From: a virus
Taxonomy: Duplodnaviria > Caudoviricetes
DNA length: 64,000 nt
Direction: 5' to 3' (one strand)
IMG/VR virus record: IMGVR_UViG_3300028591_000073
Location: 192,001-256,000 of that record
The position numbers and the translations under genes are program-made. Positions within the stretch are counted from its first letter, which is position 1. Each line of letters opens with the position of its first letter. Positions 36,791 to 48,069 of the stretch are shown here, one piece after another. The notes under the pieces are model-generated. The model did no database searches and was not told where the DNA came from. It saw nothing but the letters and a program-made list of their open reading frames with translations.

Positions 36791-39712
36791 ATGTCTAGAT
36801 TGGAACAGAGTTCAAAGAATCCAATGTCGGAATATCTATTGAAATTACAATTGATCATTACCAACACGGAATTCATGAACAAAGAAGAAGCTCGCAAATA
36901 TGAAACGATGGAAACAAAAGTAAATGGATCCAAGTATGTAAATGCAGTTCTGGAAAAGGATGCTTTCGAATCTTATGATTGGAATTCCTATGTTTTGAAA
37001 AATGCATTGGCTGATTTAGGATACGATTATAAAGAGATCATTAAGTATCTGGATCATCCTGAATTCATCCCGTATCCAGCAAAACAATTGTTGTTGAAAC
37101 GTGCACGTGTTTCCCGTATTCGAGCATATCAAGAGCCAAACAAATATTATTTGAACTTGACAGGAAAACCATTGGTGAATGTGGATCCCATCATTCAAGT
37201 TCCGGACGACTTTGTCAAAACATATGATCAAGATGCATCATTATCGAAAGGACAAGCAATTCATGATATGCCAAAAAAATATCAAGAACTGTTTATGAAT
37301 TCAAAATACTATCAGGATTTGTTGGAGCAATATCCGAATGTAGAATATTTAAGACATATTGGAAGCAATGCAGTTCCATTGGAAGTTTCTCGTGTTGCAA
37401 AAGACGGAGATATTCTGTTGATCAACACATCCAAATTACAAACATACCATGAGACATACGGTAATGTTACTGTATCAGCAGATATTGTACATGAATTTGT
37501 AACGATATACAAGAAGGTGTGTCGTTATGTTTATGGAACACTGCGGGGTGACTTCCAACAGATTTATCCGAATTATAATTCTTTTATTCGGTTATTGGTT
37601 ATTTATATGACAATCGGACAATGTATGAATGCCTTTATGAAGAAATCCACGAAATTAATTTATATGACAAATGAGATTGCCAATGATTATTTCACATTAT
37701 ATGGATTGCCGAGTGTATTGATGGAGATGAGTTCTTTAGTTAAGTTCTTAAAGAAATTTCGTATGTTATTAATGGACAAAGGGACAAATACAGTTTATCG
37801 TGTAAAAGACTTAATCGGATATGAGAACACAGATATCTATACACTTGTGATGGTAAAGCAACAAGCATTCAAAGATGGCTATCCATTATATACAAAAGAT
37901 CCAGAGACAGGTAAATTGATTCCCCAACAAAATATTGTATTCCGTAGAATGGGTACAACGGATGATAATGTTTCTTATTTTCAGTTTAAGAATTCTATCA
38001 AGGAATATCCATGGCAAGAGATTGCATCTGGAGATCCACGTTGGTGGGATACCGCAGAAGTGAGAAAGATGATACAAGAAATGAATTACACCTTATCCAA
38101 TTCCAAATATATTCAGTTATCCACCACAATGGATATGGATGATATCTGGTGGCAGTGTTGTATTCTATTACGAGGCTTATTGGATCATCGGAAAGAAACT
38201 ATGTATACACAATTGGCGATTTCTCAATCGTTAGGTGGACAATCCAGCATTAGTTTGTTTGAAGCCGTATTATTGTTGATTATCATGATGAATTGGAATC
38301 ATACGGATTTTCGTGGTCGATATATGAGTGGTGGATTATATTTGCCAAATGGTACAATCAATGGTGTTGCTGCATGTCTGGATTTGTTATTCAATGGATT
38401 GCAAGCAGATGGTACACCAAATCCATTGAAATTGGGTGGACCATATCAGTTGTCATCCTTCAACTTTGATTTGAAGACACAAGAGTCGGATAAATATAAT
38501 GCTTTATCGAAATATGAATATCTGGAACCTGATCGACTCATGCCGATATTAGACCGAATCATGGATCGAGAAGACACAAATATCGCCGAAGTATTAATGT
38601 CAAATGTGAAGAATGTATTTGTTTATTTAGAAACCAAATTAAGAACAGCTTCTACGATTCATGAATTCCGTCAAGTAACAGACGCATATAATTGGTTATT
38701 CTTGGTTGATCCCATTCGTAACTGGAGTGATTCTACCTCTTATGATACAGATGAATTGTTGGTACAATCTTATGGAATTACATTGGCTGAATTAAATGTA
38801 TTGAAGTATTTCTTCTATGGTGACGAAACCGATGCATCCAAAATCACATTTACATTTCAAGATACCATATACCAGATCCCAGTGTATGATATATTAAATC
38901 AGAATGTATTGTCATTGCCATATCCATTCGACAATCAAGAATTTGTGAAAGTATGTAATCTTACAGTTTCTAAATGGAAGAATAGAACACTTGATAATGC
39001 TGAGATTACCAATGATACCATTCGTTTAAATTATCAAGATATTATCCAAGATAAGATATTGTTAGATGTCTCTGGATCACAATATGGACCAACTTCATTT
39101 GAAGCACTATTGTATCGAGAGAATCCAAAGATTTATCGTGCATTACAACAAATGAAAGGTGATGGAGATCAGTTATTGATTCTGATGAGAAGTATCATTC
39201 GTGCATTGGAAATACAAACAAATTCTTCATTATCTGCATTGGAGTTTGAAGCAACTGGTGAAAAAGAATACATTCGTATCTTAAAAGAAGTCATTACCTA
39301 TTTCAAATCCTATATGGTAGAATTTACCAAAGAGGAATTCCAATATATCTTCGGTGGATTATTCGATCATGGTGGCAATCCCAACATGCTGGCATTGTTC
39401 GATGAAATCAATCATGTCACACTTAGAATCTTACCAAAAGATGCATTACACTTGTATGATGTTTCTTATGCAGATGCACGTGTCATTATCAAAGACGATG
39501 TATCCAAGTTCTTTTATGATGATGCGATCTTCCGAATTAAAACCACATACAAAAAATTGAAAGAGTTTGGATATCCGATATGGTTTGATAACGGATACTG
39601 GATTGACCAAACACCATTTGATGGATTAACTGATAATACAAAATTGATTGCCGAATTTCTTTCAGATTCTTCGGGAACATACAAAATCATCATCAATCAA
39701 GAGCATTCGTGA
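36791..39712 (+). CDS. large virion structural protein (baseplate-wedge-like)
   Basis: About 973 aa; EPNKYY..L.G.P, DKGT and FKSY segments reminiscent of AR9/phiKZ-type virion proteins. Confidence 0.5.
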   Translation: MSRLEQSSKNPMSEYLLKLQLIITNTEFMNKEEARKYETMETKVNGSKYVNAVLEKDAFESYDWNSYVLKNALADLGYDYKEIIKYLDHPEFIPYPAKQLLLKRARVSRIRAYQEPNKYYLNLTGKPLVNVDPIIQVPDDFVKTYDQDASLSKGQAIHDMPKKYQELFMNSKYYQDLLEQYPNVEYLRHIGSNAVPLEVSRVAKDGDILLINTSKLQTYHETYGNVTVSADIVHEFVTIYKKVCRYVYGTLRGDFQQIYPNYNSFIRLLVIYMTIGQCMNAFMKKSTKLIYMTNEIANDYFTLYGLPSVLMEMSSLVKFLKKFRMLLMDKGTNTVYRVKDLIGYENTDIYTLVMVKQQAFKDGYPLYTKDPETGKLIPQQNIVFRRMGTTDDNVSYFQFKNSIKEYPWQEIASGDPRWWDTAEVRKMIQEMNYTLSNSKYIQLSTTMDMDDIWWQCCILLRGLLDHRKETMYTQLAISQSLGGQSSISLFEAVLLLIIMMNWNHTDFRGRYMSGGLYLPNGTINGVAACLDLLFNGLQADGTPNPLKLGGPYQLSSFNFDLKTQESDKYNALSKYEYLEPDRLMPILDRIMDREDTNIAEVLMSNVKNVFVYLETKLRTASTIHEFRQVTDAYNWLFLVDPIRNWSDSTSYDTDELLVQSYGITLAELNVLKYFFYGDETDASKITFTFQDTIYQIPVYDILNQNVLSLPYPFDNQEFVKVCNLTVSKWKNRTLDNAEITNDTIRLNYQDIIQDKILLDVSGSQYGPTSFEALLYRENPKIYRALQQMKGDGDQLLILMRSIIRALEIQTNSSLSALEFEATGEKEYIRILKEVITYFKSYMVEFTKEEFQYIFGGLFDHGGNPNMLALFDEINHVTLRILPKDALHLYDVSYADARVIIKDDVSKFFYDDAIFRIKTTYKKLKEFGYPIWFDNGYWIDQTPFDGLTDNTKLIAEFLSDSSGTYKIIINQEHS

Positions 39713-39719
39713 TGGCAAT

Positions 39720-39752
39720 ACAAGAAAAACAACTCCCGAATGGAAGGAGTTG
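39720..39752 (-). terminator. intrinsic terminator, 33-nt identical copy of 19768-19800
   Basis: Reverse complement reads CAACTCCTTCCATTCGGGAGTTGTTTTTCTTGT. Confidence 0.8.
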
Positions 39753-39803
39753 CTTGCACAATATAATAGAGACGCGAATGGAACGTCTCATTACTTCACA
39801 TCA

Positions 39804-39995
39804 TTAGTGCAATGGGATTGGTGTGAAGTTTTTAGACTCCGGATGAGTCCAATCAACAAACCAAACATTTCCGTATCCGGAATACTTTGGTTCGAGCGGA
39901 CTTATCACAGAATTGGTAGCAGTTGATGTTGTCACATTTTTGAGTTCCTGCGACTTCTTTTCAACTGCTGCCTTTGCATAAGCAACCATGTCCAT
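39804..39995 (-). CDS. 63-aa early-cassette protein
   Basis: RBS AAGGAGGTG before ATG 39995; flanked by promoter copy 6 and the repeated terminator. Confidence 0.7.
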   Translation of the reverse strand: MDMVAYAKAAVEKKSQELKNVTTSTATNSVISPLEPKYSGYGNVWFVDWTHPESKNFTPIPLH

Positions 39996-40075
39996 ATTAT
40001 TCACCTCCTTTTCATATATTTTGATGAATGCAATCATGGACATCAAACCTTTCAAATGTATTTGATATATTTCTA

Positions 40076-40101
40076 TATCAAATAAATCATATCTATATGA
40101 A
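40076..40101 (-). promoter_or_regulatory. putative early promoter motif, copy 6
   Basis: Minus strand reads TTCATATAGATATGATTTATTTGATA with upstream TTCTATTATT. Confidence 0.6.
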
Positions 40102-40146
40102 AAGAAAGAATAATAGAACGGGGCCATATGGCCCCGTTTATCTTTA

Positions 40147-42675
40147 TTATTTTGAAATATCGATTGTGTGAACAATGTGTGAATATTGACCCGGTTGAAT
40201 GCTGTGGGATATCATGAACATTTGTTCACAATTTAATGTGGACATCATCTCGTTTAACATCAACACAAACATGTCACGAGTATTTGCATCGATATACGCA
40301 TCTAACTCATCCACCAAAGCAACAAAGTGATTTGGAATCAGTGTGTGAGCCAATGCCAATGATAATGCCAATGATAATAATGTGGATTCTGATTGAGAGC
40401 CGGTTCTGATATCGTCAGACTTGTTTGTTCCACATCGGAATGGTAATGTGAATGTGGTTTCATCAATGATGGGTTTCAACAGTTCAATTTCACCATCATA
40501 AATGACATTCAACAATCGATTGGCAATCACCAATGCTTCATGGATTTTATCACGAATGGCAATGACAGGTTTACCCTTAGTGGAGGAGGTGGCTTCTGCA
40601 ATAATCTTATACCGTTCATCCATCAATAAATGATTCTCAATTTCATCAACAGTTCTGGTATATTGTTTATCTGCGTTTTCCAAATTCTCCAATTGTTTTG
40701 CAACCATTTGTACTTGAGATTGGATTTGCAAATATTGTGTGTTAAGATTCTCATATTCCAATTCTGCATTTGTCAATTGAGATTGTTGTTTGAACAATTT
40801 GTCATACCGAGATTGTACATCCTGAATGTCGATATTCTTAATAGAAGATAATAGCATCTTCTTGTGGTCTATCTCAGATAACAATTGTTTGTATTCAGAA
40901 ACTTGTTTATTACAATCTTCAATCTGTTGTTGTAATGATAGAATTTGATTGTTTAATACATCCACGGGAATCTCATCTTTCATTTCAGAACTCATTAGAT
41001 ATTGAATATCTTTGATACGGGTTTCCACATCATGCAATTGTTTTACCAATTGAAGATAATGCTCCTGTTGTACTGCAAGTTCTGTCCAATGTTTAATCTC
41101 TTCCACATCGATACCTGTTAAGCCATTCTTTAATCGAGTGATGATAGCTTCATAATGAAACAAAGCTTTTACTTCTGGAGCGATTTCAATCCGAATTAAC
41201 CGACACATCGTTTGATAATTCTTTAATGCATGTTCGAAATTCTCCAAATCATACTGGGTAAATTTACCGTCGTTAACAGACTCATATGAGCGGAAGTACT
41301 GCTGTAACTTATCAAACACATTCCGATACATGCAGTTTTCATATCGACAATCTTCTTTGGAAACATAGTCTCCCTCAATCGTACTTAACATGTGACGAAT
41401 TCTGGATATCGTACTTCTCTCCTTTTCAGAATCCATTAATACACTACCTTCCTGAATCAAGAATGCAGAGATGTCAATTCCTTGGAGAATCATATCACAA
41501 AACATTGTTAAATGTGTCCCGTTCAAACATAATGTGATTTCTTTGCAAGTATCATTCACACCATTTGCAATGTGTAACATCTGTGACAAAATAGCACTTG
41601 ATGATTGAATTTGTACATCACTCAGTTCCAATCCTTTGATTTCAGATGTCAGCTTTTCTTGTAAATCCACCATGTTTTGATAATCATTCACAATTCGTTT
41701 ACGGGATTGCTGTTCTGTTTCGATGTTGTGTTTTCTTTCATATACGATATCCAAATCTTTCATGAGTAACATGCTTTGACTATTGGCTTTGTTCATTGCT
41801 TCTGTAATTCGCAATTGTTCCTCCATCAAACTTTCATACAGATTGACATCATACTGACCGATTTCTGTCACGACATTTTTGTATGTTACCAGCTTATTTT
41901 GCAAATCCATCAATTCCCCAGATAAGTTTTGTTGACGTAATGACGAAATCATTCCAGTTAATCTATCTAATCTGGTTTTCATATCATTCATAGAATCCAC
42001 CAATCCAGAATGTTGTGAACGTGTTTGTTCTAATGCAGTGCTCAATGTTTCATAAGAACCGTAATTAGATAACAGGAATTCTTTTGTTCTTGTTAATGAA
42101 GTAATCAGTTTGCTTGTATAACGATAATCTTCCGTGGCAAGTTTGTGTATCTTGTCATAGATATCAATCCCCATTGCCTTGTTCATTAATGTCTTTCTTT
42201 GTGTGGAATTCATGTTGGCAAATGATGTTAATTGCGTTCCATTAATCACAAACTGGAATGTGTATCGATTAATTCCAAACAACCTTTCAATCAAAGCATT
42301 GCATGTATTCACACCACCATTTGCATTTAATTCTTCTCCATCTTTCATAATCGACGAAACAACAGTGTGTCCATTCTTGTTTGGATTGTACGTATGTGTG
42401 ATGTTGTATACAGTACCATCCATTTCATATACAATGTTCTTGACTCCCACTTCACCTTTGAGGATTTGTGGTGTGTCACTTCTTTCATCCCCAGTCAGAT
42501 TGATGGAAGAGAAGGGATGCAGCTTCTGAATCAATACGGTTTTCCCGCAACGGTTTCTACCATATATCTGGATAATGGGTTTGTCAATTTTGTCAAAACA
42601 AAATTCAATTTCGTGTTTACCGGATGCGGCATACACATCTGCAAAGTTTACCAATTTAATATACATAATTTTCAT
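40147..42675 (-). CDS. sbcC: SbcC/Rad50/SMC-like ATPase
   Basis: Walker A GRNRCGKT, long coiled coil with central CxxxxC, signature GSQSE, Walker B LVDELD, ISH switch. Confidence 0.85.
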   Translation of the reverse strand: MKIMYIKLVNFADVYAASGKHEIEFCFDKIDKPIIQIYGRNRCGKTVLIQKLHPFSSINLTGDERSDTPQILKGEVGVKNIVYEMDGTVYNITHTYNPNKNGHTVVSSIMKDGEELNANGGVNTCNALIERLFGINRYTFQFVINGTQLTSFANMNSTQRKTLMNKAMGIDIYDKIHKLATEDYRYTSKLITSLTRTKEFLLSNYGSYETLSTALEQTRSQHSGLVDSMNDMKTRLDRLTGMISSLRQQNLSGELMDLQNKLVTYKNVVTEIGQYDVNLYESLMEEQLRITEAMNKANSQSMLLMKDLDIVYERKHNIETEQQSRKRIVNDYQNMVDLQEKLTSEIKGLELSDVQIQSSSAILSQMLHIANGVNDTCKEITLCLNGTHLTMFCDMILQGIDISAFLIQEGSVLMDSEKERSTISRIRHMLSTIEGDYVSKEDCRYENCMYRNVFDKLQQYFRSYESVNDGKFTQYDLENFEHALKNYQTMCRLIRIEIAPEVKALFHYEAIITRLKNGLTGIDVEEIKHWTELAVQQEHYLQLVKQLHDVETRIKDIQYLMSSEMKDEIPVDVLNNQILSLQQQIEDCNKQVSEYKQLLSEIDHKKMLLSSIKNIDIQDVQSRYDKLFKQQSQLTNAELEYENLNTQYLQIQSQVQMVAKQLENLENADKQYTRTVDEIENHLLMDERYKIIAEATSSTKGKPVIAIRDKIHEALVIANRLLNVIYDGEIELLKPIIDETTFTLPFRCGTNKSDDIRTGSQSESTLLSLALSLALAHTLIPNHFVALVDELDAYIDANTRDMFVLMLNEMMSTLNCEQMFMISHSIQPGQYSHIVHTIDISK

Positions 42676-42837
42676 AATTTTTCCTCCTTGGCATATATAT
42701 GATTTTTCTGAATACACTCTAACAATGTATATTCAATAAAAATATTTTTGGATATACATATATTTATCATGTAGACGACGGGTACTCATCCGTTGTTATA
42801 TATTAAATAATCTATATCAGAAAGGAAAGATGCTATC

Positions 42838-43548
42838 ATGATGAATGATAACAAAGCAGCAACACCCGAACAGAGACAGGAGCAGTATGCGATGCTGAGA
42901 GAGAATCAGCTTCGTCAGTGGTGTGCTCTTGGCAATCCCGTATTGGAGAAACAGATTCCTGAGATTGCGTCACAGCTTCTCTGGAAAGAATTCAAACTCC
43001 AGTATTACAGAGCGACTGACCTTATTATCGTATTCGGATTGGGATGGAGACATGTCATCGACTTTGTCGCATCCCAGAAAGTTCCGGAATTCTCAGTCGA
43101 TGTGTGTGGGGTATCTGTCGAGTATACGACCGAATATTCTGAGACAGAAAAGAATTCTAATATCGTACCACAGTTGATTCATAAGCGGTTACCATTATTC
43201 CGTGACCGTCAGCATGTGGAGACAGTTGGTTCCTCCTACAAACAAGAACTGAATAAGAAGTATGATGCATGGAGAACCGAGAATTTGACAGAGACAATTT
43301 CCAAACTGGAAAATGAGGTATTTGCAGAACTGCAGGAAACCTATGGTATTGATGTTGTCGTGCCTCCGACTGTATTTGCAACGATGGCTGCGATGTATGT
43401 TGCAGGTGTACAGATTGCAATGGATACACATGAGCCGGTTAATATGTACAACATCTTCACCATCCGTGTGGCAAATGGTGATATCATCACACTTCAGCCG
43501 TCTGCAAAAGTAAAACAGGATATGAAAGGAGATGCGAAGAAATTATGA
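42838..43548 (+). CDS. hypothetical protein, possibly HU/IHF-like DNA-binding fold
   Basis: 236 aa; C-terminal VNMYNIFTI...LQPSAKVKQDMK loosely resembles HU; fold call is weak. Confidence 0.45.
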   Translation: MMNDNKAATPEQRQEQYAMLRENQLRQWCALGNPVLEKQIPEIASQLLWKEFKLQYYRATDLIIVFGLGWRHVIDFVASQKVPEFSVDVCGVSVEYTTEYSETEKNSNIVPQLIHKRLPLFRDRQHVETVGSSYKQELNKKYDAWRTENLTETISKLENEVFAELQETYGIDVVVPPTVFATMAAMYVAGVQIAMDTHEPVNMYNIFTIRVANGDIITLQPSAKVKQDMKGDAKKL

Positions 43549-43826
43549 TTGAACAGACTGTAGATAACAAGAACAAGAACATCAGCGTATCGATTGAACT
43601 TGTGGTTCCAAAGCATCAGTTCAATACGATGGAATTCGCAGAGAAATTCCACAACCAGTTTGTCGGAAATCCCGATTATATCAAATCCAACATCGTAGTC
43701 CATGATGATGGAAATCAGCATACTGGTGCAGCAATCATTATCAATGACCTCGAAGATTATGACAGAATGAAGAAGGAATTGATGAAGGCAATCCAGGATG
43801 TATTCCAGAAAATTGAAAATAAATAA
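43545..43826 (+). CDS. hypothetical protein
   Basis: ATGA overlap; 93 aa; followed by a TTCG hairpin at 43836-43853. Confidence 0.7.
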   Translation: MIEQTVDNKNKNISVSIELVVPKHQFNTMEFAEKFHNQFVGNPDYIKSNIVVHDDGNQHTGAAIIINDLEDYDRMKKELMKAIQDVFQKIENK

Positions 43827-43958
43827 TAAAGGTATGTGGGGCTTCGGCCCCACGACCGTTTTGTACGTGAAAGGAGTGATGTCATATGATTGTGATGTAA
43901 TCTATTTCAATCGCATATCAACAATTTTAAGTAATTTAATTAAAAGGAGAAATTTATC

Positions 43959-45107
43959 ATGAGTAACGAAGTTATGAACAACACACAGGAAAACACATTT
44001 GCAGCAAGCCTTGGTAACCACATTTGCGTAGGCCTTGGTAATACCGGGACCAACATTGTGACTGAGATTGCATCCAGACAGTCCTTGACGGATGTTGATT
44101 TGTATTCCGTCGATTCTGTTGTATCTGCAACAGCGATGAAGAACATCAATCGCATCAAGACAATTCCGATTATTACAGATGCAAAACAGGGTTCTGGTCG
44201 TAACAGAGAACGTGGTGCTTGGATGTTTGAAGAGCATCTCGAGAATCATGCATTTGACAAATTGTTTGAAAAGTGTATGAATGCCAAAACTCCCATTGTT
44301 GTTGTCACATCTGCAGCAGGTGGTACAGGTTCTGGTTCCACACCGGTGTTCTGTAAAGGACTTGCAAAATATGCAATGGAACATGAAATGGTACCTCCGC
44401 AGGTAATTCCGATTATCGTTTGCCCCAGCATGGAAGACCCGACAGCATATCATCTCAATAGCAATGACTTGTTTATGGAATTGGCAGAGGCAGATATCAA
44501 GACATATGCCGTATTCCGCAATGTTGCTGGTGATTCCAATTATGCACCCATCAACAAAGAGATTGTTGATTTAATCGAAATCATCTTTGGCAAGAAATAT
44601 GGAATGACCAATCTCGACAGTATCGATGATTCTGACCTTGATACTATCCTCTGGACACCTGGTAGATTCGTGGCTGTATCTGCAAAGGCAAATGATATTA
44701 CAAATCTGACACGTCAGATTACACGTAAGATGTTCACCGGTTTCCAGCCTTCATGGACAGATGAGGAAGCGAGACAGTACACCTTCATGTCCGCTTATAG
44801 TCTGAAATCCATGTTTGCAGGTGAAGACTTCAAACAGGTGTTTGATGAAGTCAGAAGCAGAATTCATTCTGTATTTGATGAATATCGTCATATCGAACAG
44901 GTGGACAACGGTGGTGAAGTAGAAGCCACTGTGATTATCGCAGGACTCCCCAGACCAGAACTCAAAATGATTCAGACCGAATTCAATGGTGCTGAAGGCA
45001 TTGGTGATGGTATGAAGAGAGCAGCTCGTCCGAAGTTCTTGACACAGAGAAAGCCGGTTACGACAAAGAGTAAAGACGGTAAGACAACCGTTAATTGGAG
45101 CAAGTAA
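43959..45107 (+). CDS. phuZ: tubulin/FtsZ-family GTPase (PhuZ/TubZ-like)
   Basis: GLGNTG, GSGRNRERG, signature AGGTGSG, T7-like SIDDSDL; basic C-terminal tail. Confidence 0.88.
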   Translation: MSNEVMNNTQENTFAASLGNHICVGLGNTGTNIVTEIASRQSLTDVDLYSVDSVVSATAMKNINRIKTIPIITDAKQGSGRNRERGAWMFEEHLENHAFDKLFEKCMNAKTPIVVVTSAAGGTGSGSTPVFCKGLAKYAMEHEMVPPQVIPIIVCPSMEDPTAYHLNSNDLFMELAEADIKTYAVFRNVAGDSNYAPINKEIVDLIEIIFGKKYGMTNLDSIDDSDLDTILWTPGRFVAVSAKANDITNLTRQITRKMFTGFQPSWTDEEARQYTFMSAYSLKSMFAGEDFKQVFDEVRSRIHSVFDEYRHIEQVDNGGEVEATVIIAGLPRPELKMIQTEFNGAEGIGDGMKRAARPKFLTQRKPVTTKSKDGKTTVNWSK

Positions 45108-45196
45108 TTCCGAATATAATTGTATGGTAGCATGGGTATATTTCCTATGCTACCATCACTTATAGATACAAAATCAAAACAAGGAGGACATTCATT

Positions 45197-46243
45197 ATGT
45201 ATATGAATTCACAGCCGTACGCAATGCCTCAAGCAAATATGCCCATGCCTGTACCGGCATATCAGCAGGCGTACAACACCACATCCCCAACCGAATTCTA
45301 TCAGGTAAGAGATGATGATAAAGTCATTCTCTTAAGTCTCGATGAGTATCTGGCAAGACAGGGTTATACACCGAACAATGTCAGACCGGAAGAATGGGTA
45401 CACATCATCGATGCAGCTGGTGATGTATTCTATTCTGATATCGCACAGAGACTGACAAGAGTTGCAAGTTATATCAACTTTGCACCAGAAGATGATGATA
45501 AAGCGAGAGGTCTTATGCACAGTCTCGCACATCATGTTCGCAATCCTCGTTTCATTGCAATTATGATGAAGCAGCTGCATCAGGAGAACAATCCAGAAGC
45601 AAATGGATTCATTGGTGCAATTCTGATTACTGCGGCAGAAATGTATGTGCAGGAAATGAGAAAACTGGACGAGGCTGACAAGCCGGAAGTTGAGAAGACA
45701 AAGAAAGATAAGGAGAAAGCACCAGAACCTCCGAAGAAAACACATCTTGATGAGAATATTGTCGCATCTATGTATGATGCAGCATTACAGCTGCTGTCTG
45801 CAAAGTATGAATATGTCAAGAATCAAGTGATTGGTATTGGTAAAGGTGATGCTTTAGCAATCGCTGCTTATCTGGCTATGAATAATGAACTCACCGTGAA
45901 AGACATCATCAAGACAGACTTACCGTTGACTGCTGACTTGTTTGAAAATGATGCCAGAATTCATTCCAATCCTGGTAATGTGATTGCTGCATTGTTACAC
46001 TTACAGAAAGCAGAATATGCAAAGCTGAGTGTAAACCAGACAAAGTTCTTGGATACTCTGACAAAATGGGTATATGCGAGACTGGATGCATTACCGCCAA
46101 CAGCTTGTCTGAATTATCTCGTACAAGTATATCACACATCTGCACCGGCTGACGTTGTAAAGACGAATCTGATTCAGCTCAAGGATTGTGGACCACAGTA
46201 TCCACAGCTGTATCAGGTTGTCAGAGCACTTAAATTGAACTAA
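45197..46243 (+). CDS. hypothetical protein with Q/P/Y/M-rich N-terminus
   Basis: RBS AAGGAGG; 348 aa, predicted helical. Confidence 0.8.
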   Translation: MYMNSQPYAMPQANMPMPVPAYQQAYNTTSPTEFYQVRDDDKVILLSLDEYLARQGYTPNNVRPEEWVHIIDAAGDVFYSDIAQRLTRVASYINFAPEDDDKARGLMHSLAHHVRNPRFIAIMMKQLHQENNPEANGFIGAILITAAEMYVQEMRKLDEADKPEVEKTKKDKEKAPEPPKKTHLDENIVASMYDAALQLLSAKYEYVKNQVIGIGKGDALAIAAYLAMNNELTVKDIIKTDLPLTADLFENDARIHSNPGNVIAALLHLQKAEYAKLSVNQTKFLDTLTKWVYARLDALPPTACLNYLVQVYHTSAPADVVKTNLIQLKDCGPQYPQLYQVVRALKLN

Positions 46244-46262
46244 TTAAGAGGAGGAATTTATC

Positions 46263-46793
46263 ATGAGTATGTTTGGAAATAAAGTATCCCCCGAAGTTGA
46301 TAGACTGATTAAGCCTATCATTATGGATATGACTCAGATTGATATCGCACAGCAGCAGAATCCGATTATCACAACACAGAATGAACCTCAGGATATCAAA
46401 CGTCGTAAGAGACGTTGTGTTCATATCACATTTAATGGTAATGACTTTGTCATTCGTGCAAAGACACTGGATGACGGTAGACTTATCTGCCCAGTGTGTG
46501 GTCAGGAAATTGGTCAGGACTTTGGAGAAGAAGCAGTGGAAGATTACTTCAGATGCTTAAAGAGAGTAAACCAGCTTCTGTTCTTTGGTATGTTGAAAGG
46601 TATGCTGGCTGGTCCCATTCAGGGTTGCATTGCACTGAAGGAATTGCTTCCGGATGCTGCGAAGCTCCACAAGGAACTCAATCAGTTTGTCAGCAAGGAA
46701 GATAAGTCCAATAACTCTCTCGAGAATATCGGCTCAGAATATGCAACAAGCAATCTGCACAAGAACCTTACAGGGTTCCATGGTGGTTATTAA
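46263..46793 (+). CDS. hypothetical protein with CPVC motif
   Basis: RBS GAGGAGG; CVH...CPVC possible zinc site. Confidence 0.75.
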   Translation: MSMFGNKVSPEVDRLIKPIIMDMTQIDIAQQQNPIITTQNEPQDIKRRKRRCVHITFNGNDFVIRAKTLDDGRLICPVCGQEIGQDFGEEAVEDYFRCLKRVNQLLFFGMLKGMLAGPIQGCIALKELLPDAAKLHKELNQFVSKEDKSNNSLENIGSEYATSNLHKNLTGFHGGY

Positions 46794-46805
46794 TGATATG
46801 GACAA

Positions 46806-46833
46806 CGGGGGCTTCGGCCCCCGCTTTTCTTGT
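46806..46833. terminator. intrinsic terminator between convergent genes
   Basis: CGGGGGC-TTCG-GCCCCCG + CTTTTCTT. Confidence 0.8.
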
Positions 46834-48069
46834 TTAGTTTTTACACAATTGCATGGTAGATTGTGCAACATATAAATCATCACCTTGATTGGTTAATACA
46901 TGATTCACAAACCTTGCTCGATATAATCCACCAATATTTGCACCACGGATTGTTGTATCAAACATCAGATTATATCTGGTATTAATGTGCATATCACCAA
47001 TATCTGCACCAATGATTGACATATCTACTTTGGTTATTTTTTCTTTGATTCTTGCCGCATTGGATGTTGCAATGAAAGGATTCATGTGTTTGTGTAAGAC
47101 GTTTGGGATATTTTCATTACCATAAATCTCGTTTGTTTTATATTGATATAACTCTTTTAATGAAGCAGATTGAATTTCGTTTGTATTTACATTTACAGCA
47201 CCGATATTCTCAGCTTGCATCAAACGTTCAATATCGGATTCTGATAAGATTGAAATATTGTTGAATAGGATCGTCATCCAATATTCATTATTGGAATATT
47301 TTTTTAATCCAGCCATATCAGAATCACTGAGGGAACTGAGTACGCGGATTGGAACGATGTTTTGATATAAATTAGAATCCGTATTCGTCAGATATAATTG
47401 ATCAATATCACCATAGATCTGTGCGCCTTTCTCATATAATCCATAATAAGTATCGAAATATGCGAGTGTTTGTAATAGATTTAGATTTGGAATCAATACT
47501 TGATCGAAGCATGCTTGTTGATTTAACGGGTCTTTATGATAACACATCACATTTCCTCGTTGGAATAAATCATTAATAATAGACTCCAATCCCATATTTT
47601 TATAAACGGATTGTGTTTGTCTTCTCATATAGTAAACTAATGATTGATGATACCCGTATAATTCAATTGGTACTTTTGGTGTTTGATTCAGATCTGATGT
47701 AATTTTAACACCATCGCGATATTGATCCATTGTGGATGTTGGCATATTCTTATTTTCAATATATACTTTCATGTTGAATTGGATATTGTGTGCTCCATTC
47801 ACAATCGTTGGTTTTGTTTGGTCATCTTCCAATAAGTAGATATTCCCATATAAGTTGCCAACCATTTCAATCTCATCAGGATATTCTGTGATATTTTGCA
47901 ACAATTCCAAATCAGACTGTAATCGAATTCGAATAATGGGAAAAATGTGTGTATCATAATTATGCATAAAGGAAATCGATACAATTTCAGATTGGTTGAT
48001 TTGATAATTAGTTCCATGTACGGATAATACAAGATTGACTGTATATAATGTTTGATATGTTTTTTCCAT
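46834..48069 (-). CDS. baseplate hub-like virion protein
   Basis: RBS AGGAGG; C-terminal GLYRARFVNHVL...AQSTMQL typical of gp27/gpD-like hubs. Confidence 0.5.
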   Translation of the reverse strand: MEKTYQTLYTVNLVLSVHGTNYQINQSEIVSISFMHNYDTHIFPIIRIRLQSDLELLQNITEYPDEIEMVGNLYGNIYLLEDDQTKPTIVNGAHNIQFNMKVYIENKNMPTSTMDQYRDGVKITSDLNQTPKVPIELYGYHQSLVYYMRRQTQSVYKNMGLESIINDLFQRGNVMCYHKDPLNQQACFDQVLIPNLNLLQTLAYFDTYYGLYEKGAQIYGDIDQLYLTNTDSNLYQNIVPIRVLSSLSDSDMAGLKKYSNNEYWMTILFNNISILSESDIERLMQAENIGAVNVNTNEIQSASLKELYQYKTNEIYGNENIPNVLHKHMNPFIATSNAARIKEKITKVDMSIIGADIGDMHINTRYNLMFDTTIRGANIGGLYRARFVNHVLTNQGDDLYVAQSTMQLCKN

